From Octopus vulgaris (Eukaryota): a stretch of 64,000 bases of DNA. The translations under genes were made by a program, and so were the position numbers. Under the pieces are notes generated by a model, which did not search any database, was not told the origin of the DNA, and saw nothing but the letters and a program-made list of their open reading frames with translations. The first letter of the stretch is position 1; the number at the start of each line of letters is the position of its first letter. The DNA lies in NCBI GenBank assembly GCA_951406725.2, contig OX597816.1:124001-188000 (forward strand). The letters are read 5' to 3'. This document shows, piece after piece, positions 39,656 to 51,254 of this stretch.

Positions 39656-39876
39656 AATATTCTTTCTGTGCCAGTTTTATATCAATTGTTGTTTTAATGG
39701 TTCTATAATTGAGAGTATTGTCAGAACAATAGGAAATAGATTCATAATGGCCTCAATTCAAGATAAATATTCTTTCTGTGCCAGTTTTATATCAATTGTT
39801 GTTTTAATGGTTCTATAATTGAGAGTATTGTCAGAACAATAGGAAATAGATTCATAATGGCCTCAATTCAAGATAA
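39656..39876. repeat. Perfect 110-bp tandem duplication
   Basis: TCTTTCTGTGCCAG.. starts at both 39661 and 39771, and the two units appear identical. Confidence 0.95.
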
Positions 39877-40004
39877 GCATTCCCAATGATTATCTCTTTT
39901 ACTTTCCTATTGAAACAACTATTCAAGAGGAGAACAATGTTATTCTCTCTCTATAAATAATTTTATTCATCATTATAGTAAATGTGACATTATAATAAAA
40001 GTAG

Positions 40005-40418
40005 CCTTCAATCGTCAGGCAATATGCTGTGCTTGAGAAGGCTTGTTGAGTCAAGCGAAATTGTAGTTGTGGCCGATGTCAGTGCCGTCTGACTGGCACC
40101 TCTGCCGGTGACACATAAAAAGCACCATTCAAGCAGGGTCAGTGCCGGTGCTGCTTGTCTGGTTCCCATGCTGGTGGCACATAAAGAGCACTATTCAAGC
40201 AAGGTTGATGCCAGTGCCACCTGACTAGCCCCTGTGTCAGTGGTATGTAAAGAGCACCCACTACACTCTCAGAGTGGTTGGTGTTAGGAAGGGCATCGAG
40301 CAGTAGAAACTTTGCCAGATCTGATTGGAGCCTGGTGCAGCCTCCTGGCTTGCCAGTCCTCAGTCAAACCATCCAACCCATGCCAGCATGGAAAGCACTT
40401 GTTAAATGATGATGATGT
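40005..40418 (+). mobile_element. RTE 3' UTR fragment
   Basis: Repeated GCC(A/G)GTG..AAAGCACC units followed by the standard tail ending TTAAATGATGATGATG. Confidence 0.8.
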
Positions 40419-40569
40419 GACACTACTTTGAATTTAATGTAATTTCTGCTCTCAATGTCTGCAATGTAATTCTAATATTGATGGAAAAATTTATTTTGTG
40501 TTGTTAACTTTATCTTTTTTGTTGTGTGTGTGTGTACATACATATACTTATGTACATAGGTGATAGTTG

Positions 40570-40890
40570 TAGGCATGGCTGCGTGGCTAAGAAGTTTGCT
40601 TTGCAACTACATGCTTTTGGGCTCATTCTCATTGCATGGCACCAATGCCTTGTGAGTGAATTTGGTTGACAGAAACTGTCCATTGTGTGTGTGTGTGTGT
40701 GTTGTTGCTCTCTTACCATTGCTTGACTAGTGTTGGTTTGTTTATGTCCCTGTAACATAACAGTTCAGCAAAAGAAACAGGGTATATACCAGACGTAATA
40801 TGTTAGCAGTGGGGTCAATCTGTTTGCCTAAACCATTCAAGTCAATGTCCCAATGTGGCCACAGTCCAGTGACTGAAATCAGTAAAAGAT
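40570..40890 (+). mobile_element. tRNA-derived SINE with LINE-type tail
   Basis: GGCATGGCTGCGTGGCTAAGAAG head. Ends TGGCCACAGTCCAGTGACTGAAATCAGTAAAAGA. Confidence 0.7.
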
Positions 40891-42307
40891 AGAGATGTAT
40901 TTTTTTTCCTGTAACCACAATGTTGTGCTTTGTTTAGCCTCTGGTGCCATATAAGTTTGTGCATATTTTAGGGCTGGGATCAGACTTTTGAATGTTATAC
41001 AGATACATGATAAATGAATCCCTGACAATGGACAGACTAAAACTGTTCCAAATATTTGGTGCAAAAACCAACAAACAAACAAACCAAAGAGGAAAAAGAT
41101 GGAGTTAACAGTCTGAGCATTTTTTCCCATCGTCTCAGACAATTTGGCTATATAACTGTGACTCTTTCCTCACAAACTACAGAAGAAAATAAAGCACTAA
41201 AACAAGTTCCTCATGTAGTGATGTTGAGGTTTCCAGAATTTGACACTCCTGCAATTACTGACATAAATATTGCAGTGCAAAAAGACAAAAACCATAAGGT
41301 AATGTAAAAATATAAGAAGAAACAATCATGTACTAGAAATAACCAATCTTGTAAAAACCAGAGATGATCTCAAAACTCTATGCACCAAAATAACACACAG
41401 CTGAAATATAATTCAGCATTAGCCAACTAAAGGAAGAAACAACAAAAATAAACACACACTCCAACCACCCAGAAATCTGACACAAATAGGGTACAACACA
41501 ATTCATAGGCTAATTAACAGTAGTAGTAGTAGTAGTAGTAGTAGCACCATCTTCATACAGCAACATCAAACAAATGCTCTATGAGATATTTTTCTAAAAT
41601 CAACTATTGGAAACTGTACAAAGAAAACAAGGGAACAAAGTGAAAAATAAGAACCTAGAAATATCTCAGAATCGTCTGGGATATATAAAAATTCAAAGGA
41701 CTTGGTGCCAAATAGAATCACCAACACCTAAGGCCTGAGGGAACACTTCAATCACCAACATCTACAGCTAATACCAATACTACTGTTGAATTTCCATACA
41801 CTGGGAACTGAACAAAATTATAACAATTCTAAAGTGAAGTAATATTATTCATATCCATCATTCTCCTATACACATCCTCAAAAATTCTTGGAAGGCTAAT
41901 CCTTGACATTATTAATCCATCCATCCCTCTTTCTAAATCATATCACAGATTCAAACCACTGCATTAAACCAGCCCACTGCTCACAGACCTAATACAGATA
42001 ATGTACATGATGACTTAACAAGAATCTTCCTACACACACCATTCTAACAGCAAAACTTTCAACTTTAACTTCTGTCAAATTTCCAAGCTTATGTAGTAGA
42101 AGTCGAGCTAGTGATGAATGATATGAAGAGAAATGTGATGAAATCACTGGTTCATGTGCTTGAAACCGGATGAAGGTAACTGGATGAAAGGAGTTTGGGA
42201 TATGAACGTAGAAGGAAGTAGAGGAAGATTCAGAAGACATGATTAAAGTTAGTGGAAGAGGAAATTAAGGCAATGGGAGAACACAGCAATCAGGGGAAAT
42301 CTAAAAA

Positions 42308-42731
42308 CCCTTTAGCATTTAGATTACTCTGTCAAATGTAATGTTTATATATTCACATTGTTTTGAATTAATCCTGCAGTATTTCATAGAGATTTGGAGG
42401 ATGTCACTGTTTGTCCTTAACCCTTTAGTATTTAGTATATCCGGCCAAAATATTTAATCTATTTTATGTTCATACTGACCAGATCCAGGCTCTCACACCT
42501 ACCCTACAATGTTATTCTACATTAGGTAATTACAACATCAAGATCTTGAAGATATGAGATAATGCATGATTAATTCAAATCAATGTGAATCAGTAAGCAT
42601 TATGTTTGATACAATAATCAGAACACTAAAGGGTTAAAATGACATTGTAGGGTAGGTGTGAGAAGTGACAGTTTGAACATAAAAAGGGTAGAATATTCAG
42701 TCCAGTTATGGCTGGTTTAAATGCCGAAGAG
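42308..42731. mobile_element. piggyBac-like MITE containing a nested, inverted copy of the same family (42421-42633)
   Basis: Outer CCCTTTAGCATTTAG...TTTAAATGCCGAAGAG-TTAA. Inner TTAA-CCCTTTAGTATT...AACACTAAAGGG-TTAA. Confidence 0.8.
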
Positions 42732-45700
42732 TTAAGGAATTTGGAAGATTTATAACCTTAAAATGCTTTCTGTTGAAAAGAGATAAAAGTAATGATTTGA
42801 GAGCATAGAAGTCTAGACTTAGGATATTAGGTTTTGATAAAATAATATAATTAGAATATTCTGTTTCCTTCATGTTGAGAAAGAATTCAGTGGTAGAAAT
42901 TGAAGAATGCTGTATCTTGTTGTGTACGAACCCATTCCAGGCCCATTTGACAGTACACCCATCTCTCCTGTTTGTGTCAACCTTTTGACTCATGCACTAA
43001 GACCACACCCTGGAATTCTATCCCTGCAAGCAGAATGTAAACATATTAGACAAGTCTCACCAGTTTGCAAAATCAGGATGCTGCCTCTATTCTGGTTTAA
43101 TCCAGGAAAGAAGGTTCAAAATGCTAATTCAATGGAAATTGTGATGAAAAGATTAAATTAATATGAGCAGTATCTTTCACATATGATATAATCTTGTAAC
43201 TAGAAATCTAGTGGGTGTGATGTGAATAGGATACCAACAAAGCAAAAATTACATTTTTGCTGAAGGAAAAGAAATAAGTGGGGAATGATTACTAAAATAC
43301 ATAAAAGGAGTAACACATGTTATGAAATGATTTGTATTACAGTAGTGTGTCTAACTAGATTATTTTCAGATTATTAACATTAGAAAGAACTCTGGAAATA
43401 ACCTTATTGAGAATCATCATCATCATCATCATCGTTTAACGTCTGCTTTCCATGCTAGCATGAGTTGGTTAGTGGTTTTTATTTTTTTCGTTCCCCAACC
43501 GGGATGTGTGTTGTTTTCTTGAGCAAGACACTTTAGTTCACATTGCTCCAGTTCACTCATCTGTAGAAATGAGTTGCAATGTCAGTGGTGCCAAGCTGTA
43601 TCGGCCCCTTTGCCTTTCCCTTGGATAACATTGGTGGCATGGGGAGGGGAGGCTGGTATGCATGGGCGACTGCAGGTCTTCTATAAACAACCTTACTTGG
43701 ACTCGTGCCTCGGAGGGTAACTTTCTAGATGCAATCCCATGGTCATTCATGACTGAACGGGGTCTTTACCCTTTACTGATGTGTACATGGCACTCTTGTG
43801 TCTATTTTATTTACAATGACCTTGTTTCTTAGTGACTTGGAAGATAGCAGACTATTTGGTGATGTGATAGAAGGAATATTTCCTTTTCAAATAAAGAATT
43901 AAGGGTAAATCCTGTAAGTATATGTATGTAAATGTGTACTTTGGATTATTGCCCAGAAATTTCTAGTGACTGATCGTATTAGAGTATCTGCTTGCTTTTT
44001 TTTTTTTTAAGTCTTTAAACACTCTCTAGAGGGATTTTTGTACTTGTGCTGAGATAGTCTCTTGGCTCATCTCAGCTGAGTTGCTCAACTCCCTAAAGTA
44101 TGTAAGTGAGACCTAACTACATGTATATTTAGTATGCCAAACACTCTTCCCTGAGGTATTTTCCATCAGATACATTAATTTCAAGGGAGGAAGTCAATTA
44201 CACCGACCCCAATGGTCAACTGTTACTTATTTTATCGACCCTGAATGTCACTAAGTATTTTCTATTGCATGCTAATGATTCTGCCTGCTCACTGCCATAG
44301 CCACATTCTTAATATTAATTAGCTTCATCTCTTAATAAAAATTTTCTATTTCAAATTCTGCACTCTTTTTTTGCATTAAGTGATGATAAAAATCTAAAAT
44401 ATTTCAATGCAGTTTTCATTTGCCAGCTTGTGAAATTCCCAGTTGAATCTTAGCATATTTCAAATTTTAATAGTAAATATCTACATTTATTGTATGAACA
44501 TTAATATGGAGTTTGCCAACATATTAGATGATGATGCATAAAATACAAAGAAAAGCTTATTTGTGATTTGCAAAAATAATAATATGAATGATATAAAAGA
44601 TTTTAGTTTTTGCTTCTAGCTTTGAAAAAAAGGTAAGAAAATTATACATGGTTATATATATACACACACACAAAATATATTTGTATCAACCTTATTTTTT
44701 TCTGGTCTGCAACTAAACTTTTTAGTTATTCCACCTAAAATTGAAGAAAATATAAAAAATTTTTTTCTTTCTCCTGTTTAATGTTTCCTAAGCATAAATA
44801 ATTGATAAATTTATGTTTTAAATATCTCCCTACTCAAGATCTCCCCTGGTTCTAAGATACAAATTTCTTGTTTTAAAGTGACCTAAATACAAATGTTCAA
44901 TCAAAATTTCTCATGTTCCGGCTTAATACTGACAATGTTATTTTAGTAAATTCTTCATTATTTTAAACAGTGAGACAGAGGTAGAGTATTTCAATAGAAA
45001 TCTGATAATGAGGACGTTAATTAATAAATGAGATTTAAGAATAAAGTAATCTTGATGTTTATTGCTCTTTCTTCAAAAGGAAATTGATTTGAAACAAGCC
45101 TTCAACATCATTATTTTAATATCCACTCTTTAGATGAAGTTTGAGGCAGACTTTCTGTGGCTAGATACCGTTTCTGTCACTAACCCTCACCTGTATCCAA
45201 GTGAGGTTATATTTCCACATGGCTGGACATAGCTTCATGGAAGGTTGGAAACAAAAGATACATGTTGTATGACAGTGACACAAGGAGACACCAACTCTCT
45301 CTCTCTCTCGCTCTCACACTCACACACACAAAGTTTCTTTCTGTTGACTAAATCCACTCACAAGGACTGGGGCTTTAGTTGAAGACACTTGCCCAAGGTA
45401 CAACACATTGGGACTGAACCTGGAACTGAGTGGTTGGGAAGCAAGTTTCTTAACCATTCTTCCATTCTTTCACTTATCTCTCTCTTCTTCTCTCTATACA
45501 TGTTATAAACATTTTCTTAAAATGATATAATTGGTTTTTGTTCTTGTAATTATAATTTACTTTGGTACCTGCAAGAGTCCTGTGCCAGTGCCACATAAAA
45601 AGCGCTTGTGGTGGTGCCATGTAACAGCACCCATACAGTGCCAGGTAAAAGCACCCATGTGACTCCATGTAAAAGCATCCATGCAACATAACTTAAAAGC

Positions 45701-45939
45701 ATCTGTGCAATGTCACATAAAACACCCAGTACATGCTATAAAGTGGTTGGTGTTAAGAAGGGCATCCAGCCATAGAAACCATGTTAAATCAAACTGGAGT
45801 CTGGTGCAGCTTTCCAGTTTGCCAGCTTTGGTCACACCATGCATGGACAATGGGTGTTTAATGATGATGATTTGATGGCATTTTTGTGAATTTGTGTTTT
45901 TTTTTTAGCTCTGCTTATAAGATATTTCATTTCTTTCAG

Positions 45940-46474
45940 CTTTGCCTTCCCAAGGGTTTATCATTCCGGACTCAAAGTCAACTGAAATCTCCTCACTTTC
46001 ATTCTTTTATGATCACTAAAGAGGATGGTTCACGAACATATGGAGCTGTGTATGTGTTTTACGAAGAGGTTGAGAATGAACAGATATGTGCTGCAATGCA
46101 AACATTGCAGGCAATGCATCATGCCGAGTTGAGTAACGACCAGTCACGTACACTTTATCCTGAACTGGAATCTGCTTTTGATCAAAGTCCCATGACAATG
46201 CGAAAGTCTCGGCCTCGACCACACACCATCTATGATATAAACAATGACAAACTTTATGTCACTAAAGGAATTGCATTAATATCACAGCTTCCATTTGTCT
46301 CAGCCACCCGCCAATTTCTCAAACAACTACATGATGCTGTGAGTAACCAAAAGGAAAGGAAACTACCTCTGGAATGTTATGTCTATAATGTTCTGTATGA
46401 AGTACCATTACCGCCACCTGGCCGGAGTATGAAATTTTTTGGCACCTCATTACCAATCTTTTGTCAAAGACCTG
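45940..46474 (+). CDS. DENND5: DENN domain-containing protein 5, internal exon (uDENN to cDENN)
   Basis: Acceptor ttctttcag and donor CCTG|gtaagt; 535 nt, phase 0 to 1. Encodes LCLPKGLSFRTQ..HSFMITKEDGSRTYG..FYEEV..ICAAMQTL..LPLECYVYNVLYEVPLPPPGRSMKF..IFCQRP. Confidence 0.96.
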
Positions 46475-46595
46475 GTAAGTTATTAGATATTGCTTTTGTT
46501 TCACGTGTGCATACATATACACACACATATATGTATATATGCGTGTAATGTATGCTTGTATGTGTATATATATATATATAACTTTTATTTTTCAT

Positions 46596-46970
46596 CTTTT
46601 ACTTGTTTCAATCATTAGACTATGGCCATGCTGGTGCACTGCCTTGAGGAATCTTAGTTGGGTCAATCGACACCAGTACTTATATTTTTTAAAGCCTACT
46701 ACATATTCTATCAGTTTCTTTTGTCAAATTACTAGGTTACAGAGATGTAAATATACCAGCACAAGTTGTCTAGCAGTGGTGGGGGACAGAAACAGAAACA
46801 CACACACATGACAGGCTTCTTTCAGTTTCCATATACCAAATCTGTTCACAATGCTTTGGTTAACCCAAAGTTATAGTAGAAGACATTTGCCCAAGGTGTT
46901 ATACAGTAGGACTGAACTGAGAACTATGTGGTGGGGAAGAAAACTTATCACACACCTACTCCTGCACCTA
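46596..46970 (-). mobile_element. tRNA-derived SINE with LINE-type tail
   Basis: Reverse head AGGTGCAGGAGTAGGTGTGTGATAAG..AGTTCAGTCCTAC and tail CAGCATGGCCATAGTCTAATGATTGAAACAAGTAAAAG. Confidence 0.75.
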
Positions 46971-47301
46971 TGAAAAAGTAGGTAATGAGTGTATATGCAT
47001 ATTTCAAGAATTATTACTGTTTCATCAGCACCACATCCATATATATATGTATACACATGTATATGTGTATACATACACACTCGTTTATTTGAAACTGTGG
47101 CTTCCCTTTGAATGAATAAATAAACTCTATTATATTGAGTACTATTTCCTTGTTTGTTAATCAAAATGTGCATGTGTGTTTATTATTGTTTTATGTCTAC
47201 TTTTCCATGCTGGCATGGGTTGCATGGGATTTTCTTTTTATGACCGTGTTTTACAAATTGATGTTGAAGATCTTAATACTGTGACTCTTCCATTGTTTCA
47301 G

Positions 47302-47427
47302 GCATGAATGAATTACCATTATTTGACTTTTCTCTCTGGGAAATCTTTCAATTATTGGATTCTCGAAATATTTTGAGGATATTCCGCAGTATCTTACTTG
47401 AACATCAAGTCCTCTTTTATTCTTCAG
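47302..47427 (+). CDS. DENND5: DENN domain-containing protein 5, internal exon (cDENN)
   Basis: Acceptor cattgtttcag and donor TCAG|gtatgt; 126 nt, phase 1 to 1. Encodes (G)MNELPLFDFSLWEIFQLLDSRNILRIFRSILLEHQVLFYSS. Confidence 0.95.
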
Positions 47428-47519
47428 GTATGTATATTTATTTATTATTCCAAAAAATCCTGATAGTTTCATTGAACTTAATACTAATATAAATAATTGG
47501 TATGTGCGTGTGTGTCATT

Positions 47520-48845
47520 CATTCATTTGGTTCTCGTTGTGCCTTATGGCACTTGAGGTGACAGCAAGATCATTCCACTTTCTAACACTGAAAGCATCCT
47601 TGACAGCTTGTTTCATTGTTAACCATCTGCTTTGAAGATCTTTTGTTATTGCTCTCCACCACGTTTCCTTTCGTCAGCTACCATCTTCTTTTGCCCTGTG
47701 GAACCCATTGCAAAGCGATCCTGACAATTGAGTTTGGTTTATAGCAACAAACTCAACCCAGCTATTTCCATCTTGCTTCAATATTTTTTCTTATTGGTTT
47801 CACATTAGCCTTGGTGTGTAGTTGGCCATTCAAGATCATATTCGGCCAGTAGACCGTCAAAATTTTTTGTAAACATCTATTTTGAAACACTTCCAATTTC
47901 TTTTCAATACTTTTCATTGTTTTCCAGCATCCACATCCATAGAGGAGGATGTGAAGTATGTTACTTTTGTAAAATCGTATTTTGGTGCTCTTGCTGAGTA
48001 TTGATGATTTCTATTTTGAGTTTAAAATACCAAATGATTGGTTGGCTTTGGATTCTTGTATTTATTTCATGAAGGCAGTCTCCATCCATTGTTATTTTGG
48101 TGCCTAGATAGTTAAATTCATCAACATTTGTGATTGGTTTCTTGTTCAAAGTCACATGGTCAGCATCTGTTATATTTTTACAAAGAGAGTATATTTTCTT
48201 CTCTCTGATTTTGAGACCTATGCTTTTGGCTATTTGACAAAGTCTTTTAGATTTGTCTTGTAAATTTTGAAGCTTGTATGAGAACAACCAAATGTCATCT
48301 CCATAATCTAAATCTTCTACTTGTGTTGTGTTTCATTCTATACCTTGTTTATATTCTTCTACCATTCTTTGCATTAAACCAATTCACTGCCAATGAAAAT
48401 AAGATTAGTGATAATGTGCATCCTTGTTTGACTCTGGTTTTGATTTTGAATATATCTGTTAGTTTGTTGTAGTGTATAACTTGACATTCAAAGTTTTCAT
48501 ACAATAAATGAGTCATCATCATCATCATCGTTTAACGTCCGTTCTCCATGCTAACATGAGTTGGACGGTTTGACCGGGGATCTGGGAAGCCAGAAGGCTG
48601 CACCAGGCTCCAGTCTGATCTGGCAGTGTTTCTACAGCTGGATGCCCTTCCTAACGCCAACCACTCCATTAGTGTAGTGGGTGCTTTTTACGTGCCACCT
48701 GCACAGGTGCCATGTTGACTAATTTGATGGGAAACCATAGTGTCTCAGAATCTTTCAAAGTGTATCTCAGTGAAAGCTATCGAAAGCTTCTTCAAAATCA
48801 ACAAACAGAAGGCACAAAGATGAGTTCCATTCACTGCATTATTCG
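47520..48845 (-). mobile_element. Old RTE-type LINE fragment (second family), interrupted by an RTE-tail insert at ~48511-48712
   Basis: FVDFEEAFDS, KILRHYG, VKQGCTLS, NVDEFNYLG and KKLEVFQNRCLQKI. Confidence 0.8.
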
Positions 48846-49830
48846 ATGCCCTTGCTAACACCAACCACTCTAAGAGTGTAGTGGGTACTTTTTACATGCC
48901 AGTTCTGTAACACCAGCATCGGCCATGACTACAGTTTCACTTGGCTTGACAGGTCTTCTCAAGCATGGTATACCACCAAAGGTCTCGGTCACTTGTCACT
49001 GCCTCCATGAGGCCCAACGTTCAAAAGGTGCTTTTTACATGCCAGTTACACAACACTGAGATTGGCCACAACTATGATTTCACTTGGCTTCATGGGTCTT
49101 CATATGCACAGCATATCACCCAACATTTGTAGGGTGTATTTTGCATGCCACCAGCACAGATGCAAGCTATGTGACACTAGCATCAGCCACAACTACAATC
49201 TCACTTGGCTTGATGTGTCTTCTCAAGCATGGCATATTGCCAAAGGTCTCGGTCACTAGACATTGCTTCTGTGAGGCCCAACTTTTGAAGACATGCTTCA
49301 CTACCTCATCCCATGATTTCCTGGGTCTACCACTTCCACAGGTTCCCTTCGCTATTAGAGATCAGCACTTCATCATACAGCTGTTCTCATCCATACATAT
49401 CACGTGACCATACCAGTGCAGCCATCTCTCTTCCACACCACATTTGATGCCTCTTATGCCCAACTTTTCTCTCAAGACACTGACATGACTACACTGACAT
49501 TGAACATCCAGTGAAGCATACTGGTTTTATTTCTTTCAAGCCTACGCATGTCCTCGGCAGTCAAGGCCCATGTTTCACTGCTGTGTGTCATGACTGTTTG
49601 CACACAGGCATCCTACAATTTGCCTTTCACTCTGAGGAAGAGACCTTTGTTACCAACACAGGTAGGAGCTCTCTGAACTTTGCCCAACCTATTCTTATTC
49701 TAGTAGCATCCACTTCTGCTACTGCTTTGGTCACCTACGTAATGGAAGCTATCAACTACTTCTATGTTTTCCTCACTGGCATTTGATGGAGTCTATTTTC
49801 TGTACATTCTTAGTGTTAACTGTGCTTGTA
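48846..49830 (-). mobile_element. RTE LINE 3' fragment
   Basis: Reverse of IRIGWAKFRELLP..KGKL, AEDMRRLERNE and WYGHV, plus the 3' UTR. Confidence 0.85.
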
Positions 49831-50269
49831 TTTAGCCACCAGATGAGATCCAGAGATTTTCGTTATAGAAAACACTTAGTACCACACAAGTGATTCAAAG
49901 TTAGACTCTGGAGTCTTTACAAGGGACCACTTCCATGGAATAAAGAGTGATCATAAAAGGAATCCAGGTGAGCAGATACGGAGGCAATTATGTGGATTAA
50001 TAAATTATACATAAAGCTTGGGTTTGATATACAAAATATATATACAAACGTGTATACATGCAAACAGAAAGAAAGCAAAGACTGGGGATTTTCAGATGAT
50101 GAATATTTAAGTACAGTAGCATAGCTAGTGGAAGTCTGCTTTGGGTGGCACTTTTCATCATGTTGGAGGCTATTACTGTAAGCAATATGTGTGTTTTAGT
50201 GGGATCCAGAAGGGCTGCCCTGGGTGGCACACACTCTCACTACACTAATGTTTAAGTATAAGTATATAG

Positions 50270-51240
50270 ATATCAGAGAGTGTTACCACTAGAATAAGAA
50301 TAACCTGGGCAAAGTTCAGAAAGCTTCTACCCCTACTGGTGACAAAGGGCCTCTCACTCAGAGTGAAAGGTAGATTGTACAATGGATGTGTGCGAACTGC
50401 CATGCTTCACAGCAGTGACTGCTGAAGACATGCTTAGGCTCGAAAGAAATGAAGCTAGTGTGATCCACTGGATGTGTAATGTCAGTGTACACACATGACA
50501 GGGTGTAAGCGCCCCGAGAGAAATGTTGGATATAAGAAGCATAGGATGTGGCATGCAAGAGAGACGTTTGCATTGGTATGATCATGTACTATGGATGGAT
50601 GAGGACAGCTGTGTGAAGAAGTGCCACTCCCAAACAGTGGAAGAAATCCAGGGTAGAGCGAGATCTACAAAGACATGGGATGTGGTGGTGAATGCTGGGC
50701 CTCACAGAGGCAATGACGAAAGACCGAGAACTCTGGAGATATACTGTGACTGAAAAGATGCAGCAAATAAAGTGAGTCCACAGATGTAACCTACACCAGT
50801 GTCGCATAACCAATCCACTCAAAAGTACCTTGGATCGTAGGGTGTCATGCCTTGCTTGAGGAGACCTACTGAGTCAAGTACATCAAAATCAAATGGAAAT
50901 TGTAGTTGTGATCCCCATGCCAGTGGCACATACATAGTACCATCCGAACATGGCTGATGCCAGTGCCACCTTGACTGGCTTCCGTGCCGGTGGCATGTAA
51001 AAAGCACCAACCGATCGTGGTCATTGCCAGCCCCCTCTGGCCCCTATGCCGGTGGCACGTAAAAATCACCCACTACACTCTTGAAGTGGTTGGTGTTAGA
51101 AAGGGCATTCATCTGTAGAAACAGTGCCAGATCAGACTGGAGCATGGTGCAGCCTCCTGGCTTCCCAGACCCCAGTCAAACTGTCCAACCCATGCCAGCA
51201 TGGAAAATGGACGTTAAACGATGAAGATGATGATGATGAT
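50270..51240 (+). mobile_element. RTE LINE 3' fragment
   Basis: WAKFRKLLPLLVTKGLSLRVKGRLYNGCVR, ERRLHWYDHV and a (GAT)n tail. Confidence 0.88.
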
Positions 51241-51254
51241 CATATATATCACTA

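Noticed and set aside
41040-41520. Possible very old RLE-type retrotransposon remnant (ITDINIAVQKD)
   Set aside because: Too degenerate to support without a search.
42907-43161. 84-aa ORF inside the large intron
   Set aside because: No homology recognised, and the flanking DENND5 exons join without it.
45580-45730. Short direct repeats resembling a CRISPR array
   Set aside because: Eukaryotic context, no unique spacers and no cas genes. These are RTE 3' UTR units.
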